NCBI GenBank assembly: GCA_012798145.1
Contig: JAAZNT010000333.1
Coordinates: 1-24,926, forward strand
Source: Thermoanaerobaculaceae bacterium
GTDB taxonomy: Bacteria > Acidobacteriota > UBA4820
DNA length: 24,926 nt
Direction of reading: 5' to 3'
Part shown: in pieces, positions 1 through 9,231 of the stretch
Layout: each line of letters begins with the position of its first letter
Position numbering within the stretch: the stretch's first letter is position 1
Position numbers and translations under genes: made by a program
Notes under the pieces: generated by a model
Told to the model about the DNA's origin: nothing
Database searches by the model: none
The model's input: the letters and a program-made list of their open reading frames with translations, nothing else

Positions 1-2
1 CA

Positions 3-2957
3 TCACTTTCACTAATTGCTCAGACCACAGGCGGAGCCCTTCAGGGAAAAATTACTGATGAAAAAGGCGAACCTGTTCCTGGCGCAGTTGTAAGAATTTC
101 AGGTCCTACCCTTCAGGGAACTCAGGGAACCGGAAGCGATATGAATGGAGAATACTACTTCCCATTCCTTCCTCCCGGCAGAGACTACTCAATTAAAGTT
201 GAAGCCCCCGGGTATGCGACTGCAATCAGGAACGGCGTTGAAATTCCACTCGGAACAACCATTAAATTGAACTTCCAGTTGAGCACTGGCGGAGCAGAAA
301 TGGTTGTCACCGGCGCGGCGCCAATTATTGACACAAGAAAAGTGGAAACTGGAGCAAATCTTTCTGACACAATGATAACAAGCATCCCTCTTGACAGATC
401 CTCAAGAGGTCTTGCCTTTTTGGCTCCGGGCGCAGTTACATCAGGTCTTGCCAACCAGCCCTCATTTGCTGGAGCATCAGGTCCTGAAAACTCCTATATT
501 GTCAACGGAGTTGAAATTGCAAGTTCAGCAGACGGAAGAAATATGAGCAACCTCAACTTTGATTTCATTGAAGCATACGAAGTCAAAACTGGCGGTATGG
601 ACGCAGAATTTGGCGGATTGATGGGCGGAGCAATCAACTCAATTACAAAGAGCGGCGGAAACGAATTCCACGGCGGGCTCTTTGCGTACTATTGGGATGA
701 TAGCCTCGGCGCTAAAGAAAGAAAACTTGATAATCCTACTGAAGTTGATTACATTAAAGCAAACAAAATCTATGACATCGGCGGATATCTTGGCGGTTAC
801 ATTTTGAAAGATAAACTTTGGTTTTTTGCCGCTTATGACTGGAACAAAGATGAAGCGGAATACACCGCAGAAGGAACAGACGCCAATGTTACACTTGGTG
901 GAGCGCCTTCATATTCTTGGGCAAGAGGAACGGGATACAAAATCTCAAACAAAGATCCCCAATATGCTTGGAAACTTACCTACAATTTCAATGAAAATCA
1001 CAGATTTGTCATTTCCTTCTTTGGAAACCAACTCACAACTGACGATGTAAGAAACCTCAACAACCCAAGTTCCATTGCTTCCAAATATGATGTCAAGAGA
1101 AAGAATTATGGCGCCAACATCCAATGGAACGCTACTTGGACGCCAAAATTCTTCACAGAAGTCAATGTTGGAACAAGAAGATCTTGGTTTGACAGCCGTC
1201 CAAAGAGCGAAATCGCAGCAAACAACTGGGGATACTATTATAGGTATGGATCAGGAACTTACGCTGGCTATCAGGTTATCCCCACCGGAACAAACACATA
1301 TGATTCAGCGACAAGAGCCATCAATCTTGATTCATGGCTACCATCACTCGGCGGAAGAACTTATGAAATTGAAAAGGATTTCAACGACCAGTTGCGCTTA
1401 AAGGGAACAAACCTCTTCAATTGGGCTGGCAAGCACGAACTTTCTTATGGCTTGCAGTATTTTGATATTTCCTACACCGACAATTTCAACTATACTGGAT
1501 CCGGCATCACCGAAACCAGCCAGTATGACCCCTTCTATGGTTTGACTTCAATGGGAGGCGCTGTTATTAGATGGCATAGAGCAGGCGACCTCAATGGAAA
1601 TGGATTGGCTGATGACTATTTGTTCCGTGCTCAGATGTTTATGACATCTCAAAACAAAGAAACCTCTCAAAAATATTACGCTTACTGGATGCAGGACAAC
1701 TGGCAGTTAACAGATTACTTTATGTTAAAACTTGGCGTTCGTCTTGACCAGATTCATATGAAGGGCGGAAAGAACCTTGAGTTGGTTCCAAATGTTGTTG
1801 GAACTGATCCCGACGGTTATCCGCTTTACGGAACTGGACATTATGCCGACGCTCCAACAAGAAAAGTGAAAATCAACGATGAATGGGCTCCAAGAATTGG
1901 ATTCACTTGGGATGTTTTCCACAATGGCAAGAGCAAACTTTACGGCTTCTACGGCTGGTATTATGAAAGAATTCCTCAGGATTTGGCTATCCGCGCTTTG
2001 ACGACTGAATTCTTCCATTTTGCTTACTATATGGATCCAGCTTTAACACAGACCTACGATTATTCTTGGACTAACGGACTTGAAACAACACAGATTGTTG
2101 GCGGACCCAACGGCGAAAAACTTAAGGGTTCTTACAACAAAGAGTCGATCTTGGGATTGCAGTATGAACTTAAACCCGATTTGAATGTCGGTGCAAGATT
2201 GGTTTATCGTTCAATCGGCAGAGTCATTGAAGACATCTCTTACGACGGCGCTGTAACTTACATCGTTACAAACCCCGATAAGTGGACAGATATGTGGGTT
2301 CCCGACGCTCTCGGCAGGCCGGGATACTGGTGGAGATTCCCCAAGCCGGTTAGAATCTACAAGGCACTTGAACTTACTTTGGATAAGAGATTTTCAAACA
2401 ACTGGCAGATGGGCGGATCATATGTTCTTTCAAGACTTCATGGAAACTATGAAGGTCTCTTCTCCAACGACAACGGACAACTTGATCCCAACATCACTTC
2501 AAAATATGATATTCCGACCTTGCTTGTGAATGGATACGGACTTCTTCCTAACGACAGAACTCATGTTTTGAAACTCTACGGCTCCTATTCATTCCCCTTC
2601 GGGCTTGACCTTTCAGGAAACTTCCAACTTCAGAGCGGAACCCCGATTTCAAAACTCGGCGCTGACGATGCTTACGGAATGAACGAAGGTTTCTGTGCAC
2701 CAAGAGGAACTGCCGGAAGAACCCCGACGACTTGGACATTTGACTTCGGAGCAAGATACCACTTCAAACTCTGGAAATCAGATCTCGGCTTCAGAGTTGA
2801 TGTTCTTAACCTCTTCAACTGTCAGAAGACAACATCTGTTGACCAGACCTACAACACCGAAAGCACTGAAGATGTTCAGACCTATCCTTACTTTGGCGTT
2901 GAGACTGCCCACCAGAGAGCAAGAAGAGTCAGATTCGCTATTCAGTGGACATTCTAA
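3..2957 (+). CDS. TonB-dependent receptor, Oar-like with N-terminal carboxypeptidase-regulatory-like domain; 5'-truncated at the window edge
   Basis: The frame is open from base 3 (SLSLIAQTTGGALQGKITDEKGEPVPGAVVRISGP... precedes the track's Met at 141). It has the plug motif GASGPENSYIVNG...VKTGGMDAEFGGLMGGAINSITKSGGNEFHG, barrel motifs WMQDNWQL and WAPRIGFTWD, and a C-terminal aromatic strand VRFAIQWTF. Confidence 0.9.
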   Translation, partial: SLSLIAQTTGGALQGKITDEKGEPVPGAVVRISGPTLQGTQGTGSDMNGEYYFPFLPPGRDYSIKVEAPGYATAIRNGVEIPLGTTIKLNFQLSTGGAEMVVTGAAPIIDTRKVETGANLSDTMITSIPLDRSSRGLAFLAPGAVTSGLANQPSFAGASGPENSYIVNGVEIASSADGRNMSNLNFDFIEAYEVKTGGMDAEFGGLMGGAINSITKSGGNEFHGGLFAYYWDDSLGAKERKLDNPTEVDYIKANKIYDIGGYLGGYILKDKLWFFAAYDWNKDEAEYTAEGTDANVTLGGAPSYSWARGTGYKISNKDPQYAWKLTYNFNENHRFVISFFGNQLTTDDVRNLNNPSSIASKYDVKRKNYGANIQWNATWTPKFFTEVNVGTRRSWFDSRPKSEIAANNWGYYYRYGSGTYAGYQVIPTGTNTYDSATRAINLDSWLPSLGGRTYEIEKDFNDQLRLKGTNLFNWAGKHELSYGLQYFDISYTDNFNYTGSGITETSQYDPFYGLTSMGGAVIRWHRAGDLNGNGLADDYLFRAQMFMTSQNKETSQKYYAYWMQDNWQLTDYFMLKLGVRLDQIHMKGGKNLELVPNVVGTDPDGYPLYGTGHYADAPTRKVKINDEWAPRIGFTWDVFHNGKSKLYGFYGWYYERIPQDLAIRALTTEFFHFAYYMDPALTQTYDYSWTNGLETTQIVGGPNGEKLKGSYNKESILGLQYELKPDLNVGARLVYRSIGRVIEDISYDGAVTYIVTNPDKWTDMWVPDALGRPGYWWRFPKPVRIYKALELTLDKRFSNNWQMGGSYVLSRLHGNYEGLFSNDNGQLDPNITSKYDIPTLLVNGYGLLPNDRTHVLKLYGSYSFPFGLDLSGNFQLQSGTPISKLGADDAYGMNEGFCAPRGTAGRTPTTWTFDFGARYHFKLWKSDLGFRVDVLNLFNCQKTTSVDQTYNTESTEDVQTYPYFGVETAHQRARRVRFAIQWTF

Positions 2958-2971
2958 TCGTAAATTTCAGC

Positions 2972-3007
2972 AAAAAGAAAAGCCCCGGGAAACCGGGGCT
3001 TTTTTTT
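2972..3007. terminator. Bidirectional intrinsic terminator
   Basis: AGCCCCGG-GAAA-CCGGGGCT (2981-3000) has a T run after it and an A-rich tract before it, and lies between the convergent receptor and nfo genes. Confidence 0.9.
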
Positions 3008-3091
3008 ACTCGTTAGTTTTTAACCAAGATTTGTCATTAAAAAAACTTTACCAAACGATTAGAGATTGCTTAGGGAAATGGGCTTGATAAC

Positions 3092-3931
3092 CTAAGCAAA
3101 AGAATAGAGAAGTTTAATTTCTTCTTCCCAGAGATCTGGTTCAGGTGTTTCAAGAATCAAAGGAATATTTTCAAACCTTTTGTCTTTGACTATAAATTTA
3201 AATGGGTTAATTCCAAGGTTTCCCTTGCCAAGAGATTCGTGTCTGTCAACATTGCTTTTAAATTCAGATTTGGAGTCGTTTAGATGCCATCCTTTTAAAA
3301 AGTTTAGCCCAATGATTTTTTCAAACTGATTTATTGTATATTCGTATGAATCCTTTGTCCTTAAATCATAACCAGAAGCGAAAAGGTGGCAGGTATCAAG
3401 ACATACCCCAATCCTTGATTTGTCTTTAATTTGGTCAATTAAGTATTTTATTTGTTCAAAATTTCGTCCTACTGAACCGCCCTGACCGGCGGTGTTTTCT
3501 ATTACCGCGACCACTTTATCCGTTTTCATTAGGCACCTGTTGACAGAGTTTGCAATCGAATTAAGGCAATCCTCGTCCGACATCTCTCCTCTGTGGCTTC
3601 CGGGATGAAAGTTGAGCATTTTTAAGCCAAGCAGTTCGCATCTTTTCAGTTCATCAAGAAACGCCTCTTCAGATTTTTTCCTTATTTCTGGATCAGGGCT
3701 TCCCATATTTATTAAATAGGTGTCGTGAGGAAGAATATATTCTGGTTCATAACCGAATTGTTCACAATTTTTCTTAAAAAATTTTATGTTGTCTTCTTTA
3801 AGAGGAGGAGATTTCCATTGTCGCTGGTTCTTTGTAAAAAAAGCAAAAGTTTTTGCACCAATCAATGAGGCGTTTATAGGGGCGTTTTCTACTCCGCCGC
3901 TTGCACTTATGTGGGCGCCTATCTTTTTCAT
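3092..3931 (-). CDS. nfo: Endonuclease IV (AP endonuclease)
   Basis: Motifs IGAHISASGG, PHDTYLIN, NFHPG, ENTAGQG, CLDTCHLFASGY, HLNDSK, DRHESLG and ILETP (tri-zinc ligands). Confidence 0.95.
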   Translation of the reverse strand: MKKIGAHISASGGVENAPINASLIGAKTFAFFTKNQRQWKSPPLKEDNIKFFKKNCEQFGYEPEYILPHDTYLINMGSPDPEIRKKSEEAFLDELKRCELLGLKMLNFHPGSHRGEMSDEDCLNSIANSVNRCLMKTDKVVAVIENTAGQGGSVGRNFEQIKYLIDQIKDKSRIGVCLDTCHLFASGYDLRTKDSYEYTINQFEKIIGLNFLKGWHLNDSKSEFKSNVDRHESLGKGNLGINPFKFIVKDKRFENIPLILETPEPDLWEEEIKLLYSFA

Positions 3932-4942
3932 CTACTTCTTCCTTCCGCAAATTATTCTTGACTGCGAAGGCCCTTCAAAATCAAGAGTTTCAATGTCAAC
4001 TATTCCAGAAGATGCAAGAAAATTCTTTAGTTCCGACTCTGTGTAGGATTTGCCTTCTTTGGTTCCAATGAGCATATTGAGTGAGAAAATTGCTGGGAAC
4101 AGTGGACCAGTCTGATCATCGTCAAGGACAAATTCGTGGATAAAAATTTTTCCTCCTTTATTTAAAGAGGAAGTGGCTATTTTCACAATTTTGCTTGCAC
4201 TCTTTTCACCTTCGCCGTGAAGTATGTGGGAAAGCCAGACTGCGTCAAATTTCTCTGTAATGGTGTCTTTTGTAAAATCGAAGGGAACGAATCTGATTCT
4301 TGATTTAAGCCCAAACCCTGATATCAACTTGTTTGCAAAGACAGCGCTCTGCTTCAAATCGTAAATCTTTGCCTCTAACTCAGGATTTTTAAGACAAAAA
4401 TGAATTGCGTATGTTCCGGGGCCTCCTCCAAGGTCGAGAAGTGTCTTGCACCCCTTCAATTCAATTAAATCTGCCACTCTTGGGGCTATCAGTGAAGCGT
4501 TGTTGAACATCCCCATCAGAAACGCTTCAAGTTCTTTCTCATCAGGTTTGTGGATGCTTCTTTTCTTTATTGGCTTTCCTGTTTTTACTGCTTTTGGAAG
4601 AAAAGCCCAATATTTTGAGAGATAGTGGTGATGTCTTACCATATAGCCGAGATATTCTGGCGAGTTTTTGGAAAGAAATTCAACGGCTTCTCTGCTGTCA
4701 AAATATATTTCCCCCTCTTTTTCAAGAAATCCAAGCGCCGTAAGCGCAGATACTATTGCTTTCGCTCCTCTTTTGCTTAAAGAAAGTTCTGCGGCAATTT
4801 CGTCAATAGTCATTCCTTCTTCGTCAAGAAGCGTAAAAATGTCAAGTTCAACCCCGGTATGCAGGGCGAAAGATTCCCAATATTTCCCTGACAGTTCAAG
4901 AATTCTTGCTGGATTTGAGCTTTTTTCTTCTTTTTTACTCAT
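3932..4942 (-). CDS. SAM-dependent O-methyltransferase (Methyltransf_2 family, N-terminal dimerisation helix domain); substrate unknown
   Basis: N-terminal ALHTGVELDIFTLL winged-helix region, LLDLGGGPGTYA SAM motif, and DAVWLSHILH and IFIHEFVLDD motifs. Confidence 0.85.
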   Translation of the reverse strand: MSKKEEKSSNPARILELSGKYWESFALHTGVELDIFTLLDEEGMTIDEIAAELSLSKRGAKAIVSALTALGFLEKEGEIYFDSREAVEFLSKNSPEYLGYMVRHHHYLSKYWAFLPKAVKTGKPIKKRSIHKPDEKELEAFLMGMFNNASLIAPRVADLIELKGCKTLLDLGGGPGTYAIHFCLKNPELEAKIYDLKQSAVFANKLISGFGLKSRIRFVPFDFTKDTITEKFDAVWLSHILHGEGEKSASKIVKIATSSLNKGGKIFIHEFVLDDDQTGPLFPAIFSLNMLIGTKEGKSYTESELKNFLASSGIVDIETLDFEGPSQSRIICGRKK

Positions 4943-5525
4943 TGCAGCCTCCCTTCAATTCTTTCCATCTAACCACGAGTCTATTGTAAATCGGTTCAAG
5001 TTTTTTGTGAAGGTCTTCTTTTTTGCCATCATTAATAACAACTTCGTCAGCAAGCGACAATGTGTTTTGGATTTGCTGTCCCGCTCCGCTTGAATTCTCC
5101 TCTTCTTCCTTTTTTGCAAACTCCTCAAAGGATGAGATTGAATCTCCATCGCGCATTCTTTTTTTTGCTCTTTCATATCTCATTTTTTGAGGAGCGTCAA
5201 TGCCAAGCAAGAAGAACAAGAGGCAGTTGTTTTTAAGGAATTCAACTTCTGAAGGGTGTCTAAAAGAATCAACAACGCTTTTTTCCACAAGTTTTTCAAA
5301 AGTTCTTTCGGCAAGGATGCTCATTCCATATTTAGCCCTCAATTCAGTGCCCGTTAAAATCAAATGCTCTCTTGAAGTTGTCAACCCATTTTTCAACGCT
5401 TCTTCTCTTACAACATCGGAAAGGGAAAAATATTTGAATCCTTTCTCAAGAAAAAATTGTGAAGCAAGTCCTTTTCCGGCTGCGTTTGGCCCAGAAAGCC
5501 CTACAACAAAAACTTTTTTTCTCAT
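4935..5525 (-). CDS. P-loop nucleotide kinase, dephospho-CoA-kinase/adenylate-kinase-like (UPF0200-like)
   Basis: VVGLSGPNAAGKG Walker A variant, SLSDVVREEA, VVDSFRHPSEVEFL, IDAPQKMRYERA and ADEVVINDG, which is the NMP-kinase fold pattern. Confidence 0.7.
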   Translation of the reverse strand: MRKKVFVVGLSGPNAAGKGLASQFFLEKGFKYFSLSDVVREEALKNGLTTSREHLILTGTELRAKYGMSILAERTFEKLVEKSVVDSFRHPSEVEFLKNNCLLFFLLGIDAPQKMRYERAKKRMRDGDSISSFEEFAKKEEEENSSGAGQQIQNTLSLADEVVINDGKKEDLHKKLEPIYNRLVVRWKELKGGCNE

Positions 5526-6808
5526 TTTGACATCTCTTCAATATTTTTTTCTGCCACTTTTATTAAAAGTTCGTTTTCACCTAACAACGCATAGCGATAT
5601 TCGGGAAGCGCCAAAGAAGAATAACCTCTTAATTGATAGCACCTTCCAAGGAAAAAATGGGCTTTCCCGTGAGAAACCGTTTCGTAAGAATGGTTTATAA
5701 GCAGGTCATTCAAAATTTTCTCAGCTTCAGAATAGTTTCCAATTCTGTAATTTATGTAGCCAAGATAATAGAGCCCTTCCCCATAATGAATGTCAGTTGG
5801 ATTTGTTCTTAAAAACTCTTGCAGAAGAGGAAGAGTCTCTTCTTCTTTCAGATTTCTCAATTGGGCAACGATGCTCAAAAAATGAGGGGTTAATTTTGTG
5901 AAACTTGAATATCTGTTTTTTGAATACTTGATGTAGTCTTGCTCTATTTCTCCAAAACTAAATTTAGTGCTTTTTTCTAAGAATTTTATAAAATCGGTTT
6001 CTTCAACAAAATATGGCAACAAATCTTTTGGCGACCCACCCCCGCAGTTTTCTACCAAAAAGTCAACCAAATAGATTCCATTAAGAATGGGATGTGAAGT
6101 TTCAGAAGAGGCAGAAAATGACAAACTGCCGTCTCTTTCAATTTCAAGAATTTCTTGTTTTTCAATGTATTTATTCAAGCCAGAAAGAGAAGCAGAAATC
6201 CCAAACCTAAAAAATCTTGGAAATTTGATGAAATTTTTGTTGTTTTTTGTCAAAAGGGATTCCGCTATCCCCGAAGCCACCAACTCAAAAACAGGGATAG
6301 AATTATAAAGGACTTTTTGAAGAGAGAGGTAAATTGTGAAACTTCCATCTGAATTCTCTACAACATCGTAAGGATAACCTTTAGAAATATTTTTGCTTTC
6401 AGTCAGCTTTATTTCAATTTCGTCCTCTTTTGTGGGAAAAAGGGAGGATCTCTCCTCAAGAATTTTTACTGCAGTTGTTATTGAGGTTTCAACAGATGAG
6501 TTTGCTTTAATGACAGGAATAAAGTCAGCGGATTTTCCTTCGTATGGAAGAACTGAAATTCTCTCGATTGACAAAGGAAGTTTCTTCTTTTCGGAAGTAT
6601 TCTCCACAGGTATAGGAGGCGTATTTTGGCTTGGTTCTTTTTCTTTTTCCTTTTCGACGCTATTTATGGTTTGGACGCTGGTTTTGTCCGAAATTTTAAT
6701 AGTTTTTTCAATCTTATGCTTTTCGCTATTCTTTAAATGAATGATGACTTTTCCAAAAAGAAGAAGAAAGACCAAAAAAAGAAAGATTAGCAAAGCTCCC
6801 TTTTTCAC
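5522..6808 (-). CDS. Membrane-anchored protein with a degenerate peptidase-MA-like domain and C-terminal TPR repeats
   Basis: GTG start, N-terminal hydrophobic helix (LLIFLFLVFLLLFG), and TPR-like GLYYLGYINYRIGNYSEAEKIL and AHFFLGRCYQLRG. Confidence 0.65.
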   Translation of the reverse strand: MKKGALLIFLFLVFLLLFGKVIIHLKNSEKHKIEKTIKISDKTSVQTINSVEKEKEKEPSQNTPPIPVENTSEKKKLPLSIERISVLPYEGKSADFIPVIKANSSVETSITTAVKILEERSSLFPTKEDEIEIKLTESKNISKGYPYDVVENSDGSFTIYLSLQKVLYNSIPVFELVASGIAESLLTKNNKNFIKFPRFFRFGISASLSGLNKYIEKQEILEIERDGSLSFSASSETSHPILNGIYLVDFLVENCGGGSPKDLLPYFVEETDFIKFLEKSTKFSFGEIEQDYIKYSKNRYSSFTKLTPHFLSIVAQLRNLKEEETLPLLQEFLRTNPTDIHYGEGLYYLGYINYRIGNYSEAEKILNDLLINHSYETVSHGKAHFFLGRCYQLRGYSSLALPEYRYALLGENELLIKVAEKNIEEMSK

Positions 6809-9231
6809 TATGGAACACCTAACTTAGAAGAGTCAACATAACCTTGCCCTTCTCCCCATTTTATTTTTGCCCATCCGGCAGAAATATCGTTCAAATATAC
6901 CACAGAACCTTCTGGCAATGAAGATTTTGGCGCAGTTTTGGGGTCTGGTTTCTCAAAAACTTCGCAGTTTTCCAGAACTACTGCTTCTCTAAATTCTCTA
7001 TTTAATGATACAGATTTATAGCAAAGAAGAGATAAAATTAATCCAATAACCATCAGAAAAATTGAAGATCTTGTCAAAAGATATCTTCTATTTAGAGCGC
7101 CAAATATTTTTAAAAGGGTAAAAATAAGGTTGCCGACAATAATGAATAAAAGAGCGGCATAAAAAATAATGCGAATATCCACTGATGTGATGAATTTGTC
7201 AAAAGGAGACATTTCGTAAGGAGCAATCTTTGATTTTATAAGAGATTGTGCTATGGACAAATTGGTTTTGGCGTCCGAAAATGATGGGTCAAGTTTTAGT
7301 GCTTTTTTGTAATAAAGAATCGAGTAAGGAATTCTGCCGCTTTCAAAATATGCGTTTGCGATGTTGTAATACAAAGCAGGATAAGTGTCTCCGTAATCTT
7401 CCACCATCTTATAGTATTTTATTGCTTCGCCGTAATTGCCTTTTAACTGCTCCTCATAACCTTTTTTAAAGAGGATGTCAGTTGAATCCTTAGTAAAATG
7501 TGGCAGGGCAAAAATTACCATAAGCAAAAATGCAAAAGTTTTTAATTTCACTTCTTTTCCTTTGAGGATAGATGTTGCCTTCAGAAGCCGCTTTTTGAGT
7601 TCTGTTTTTTGAACTTTTTCTGAGGAAAACTCAGCCGAGTCAATTTCCTGCAAAAGGTCAATAATGTTTTTGGCTGTTTTTTCGCTAATCTGCGCTGTTT
7701 TCAACTTCTCTTCAATCGTTGACAATGTCAAAGAAGAGGCAGGTTCGTTTATTATCATTTCAAGGAAAGATTCGAGAGATTTTCGCAAATGGGAATGAAA
7801 CTCTTTGCTCTTTCTTGCGTCAAGATTGCTTTTTGCTTTCTTTAACTCTCTAAATGCTTTTTGCTCAAGTGCCCTTGCTTTGATTTTAGCAGGGGAAAGG
7901 AATAGTTTTTCAAGAAAAGACCAGAAAATGAAAACAGTTAATGTTATCAAAAACGGCAGAAACAGAAAAAGAAAGTTTCTTGAAGGAAATTCATCTTTTT
8001 GCGGCTTGGACTTGCCCGGCTCTGGAATGGGAGGAAGTATGGAAATTTTCTTTTCTCCTTTTTCACTTGCGCCAGCCAAAACATTAATTTGAGGAATCTT
8101 CAAAGTGATAGTTTCATAAACTTTCTTTTTTGTATCAAAGAATATAAAGGAAATATCAGGAAGAGTTCTGTTTCCTTCTACAAGGGGAGTATAGGACAAA
8201 ACCGCTTTCTTTTTTGAAATTAATTTGCCGTCCAATTCCTCAGAAGAATCCGATACATTCATCGGGTAAGGTTCAAAAAAGGGTGATTGGGGAATATCAA
8301 AAGGTTCTGAAGGCAGAGCGCCTTCCCCTTCTATTTCAACTTCAACAGAAAAAATTTCCTTAACTTTTGCGGTTATTGTTTTTTGCGGGGAGATTCTGGC
8401 AACGAAATTTCCAACGCATCCTTTGAATCCTTTGGGCGGGGTCGGCAGAGGAAGTATAGAAACTTTCGCATCTCCTCCCTTCAACCTTACAATCTGGCTG
8501 ACCCCTTGAGATGTTTGAATTTTTGCGTCGCTTACAAATTGCGAAATATGAATTGATCCGCTTTTGAGAGGGAAAAGAACTGCTTTAAAAACCACTGCGT
8601 CAAGAAACAATTTTCCGTTTTTTTCAATTTTAGATGTTTTGGGGTATCTTGAGGAGGGGAGTTCAATTTTTCTAAAGCCGTCAAAATCGGGTTTATTTAC
8701 AAATTCAAAATTCCTCACCGATTCTCTTGTCAGAAGATGGAGAGTATAAACAATCGCCTCGCTTTCGTAGCATTCATTTTTTGAAACTCTTCCCTCCAAA
8801 AAAATTTCTATTGGACCGCTTGTCTTCTCTATCTGGGGCGACGGCGGAACGGGTTTGCTTCCTTCAACAACTTTCACTTCAAAACCAGTTGCTTTTAAAG
8901 TTTGATTTTCAACTTTAATTGAGAAGTCTCCCATCTTCGCCAAACCGGTTCTTGTCGGAGAGATTATGTAATGGTAAAGATAGGCAAAACCCTCTTTCAA
9001 TGGCTCAACGGTCTGATATTGACCCTTTACCGTTCCTCCGTCAATTTCTGGAAGCGACGGCTGCTGTATGGGAGATTTTAATCCTTCAAACCTCAAAGTG
9101 TAAGTGAAATTCTCGTCAAATTTTATTTCGCTTTTGTTCACTCTTGATGTAAGCGAAACAAAAGGGAATGAGGAAACGCAAAAAAGCAAAGTGAAAGCCA
9201 AAAACCAAATCGGCTTAATTGAACTTTTCAA
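6808..9231 (-). CDS. BatD-family protein fused to a BatE-like TPR + SH3b module
   Basis: Signal peptide and repeated BatD-like Ig domains (YHYIISPTRTG, KAVLFPLKSG, FKGCVGNF, VEIEGEG, LPDISFIFFDTKKKVYET). These are followed by TM helices, a TPR (LYYNIANAYFESGRIPYSILYYKKALKLDP), two TM helices and an SH3-like tail (LPEGSVV...WAKIKWGEGQGYV). Confidence 0.8.
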   Translation of the reverse strand: MKSSIKPIWFLAFTLLFCVSSFPFVSLTSRVNKSEIKFDENFTYTLRFEGLKSPIQQPSLPEIDGGTVKGQYQTVEPLKEGFAYLYHYIISPTRTGLAKMGDFSIKVENQTLKATGFEVKVVEGSKPVPPSPQIEKTSGPIEIFLEGRVSKNECYESEAIVYTLHLLTRESVRNFEFVNKPDFDGFRKIELPSSRYPKTSKIEKNGKLFLDAVVFKAVLFPLKSGSIHISQFVSDAKIQTSQGVSQIVRLKGGDAKVSILPLPTPPKGFKGCVGNFVARISPQKTITAKVKEIFSVEVEIEGEGALPSEPFDIPQSPFFEPYPMNVSDSSEELDGKLISKKKAVLSYTPLVEGNRTLPDISFIFFDTKKKVYETITLKIPQINVLAGASEKGEKKISILPPIPEPGKSKPQKDEFPSRNFLFLFLPFLITLTVFIFWSFLEKLFLSPAKIKARALEQKAFRELKKAKSNLDARKSKEFHSHLRKSLESFLEMIINEPASSLTLSTIEEKLKTAQISEKTAKNIIDLLQEIDSAEFSSEKVQKTELKKRLLKATSILKGKEVKLKTFAFLLMVIFALPHFTKDSTDILFKKGYEEQLKGNYGEAIKYYKMVEDYGDTYPALYYNIANAYFESGRIPYSILYYKKALKLDPSFSDAKTNLSIAQSLIKSKIAPYEMSPFDKFITSVDIRIIFYAALLFIIVGNLIFTLLKIFGALNRRYLLTRSSIFLMVIGLILSLLCYKSVSLNREFREAVVLENCEVFEKPDPKTAPKSSLPEGSVVYLNDISAGWAKIKWGEGQGYVDSSKLGVP

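Noticed and set aside
2695-3087. 130-aa plus-strand ORF
   Set aside because: It overlaps the receptor gene in another frame and runs through the terminator, with no recognisable motif.
3092-4942. Methyltransferase-Nfo fusion by TAG read-through (TAG directly followed by in-frame ATG)
   Set aside because: Both proteins are complete, and nfo begins with its normal N-terminus (MKKIGAH). This is ordinary operon packing, unlike the split FN3 at 18353.
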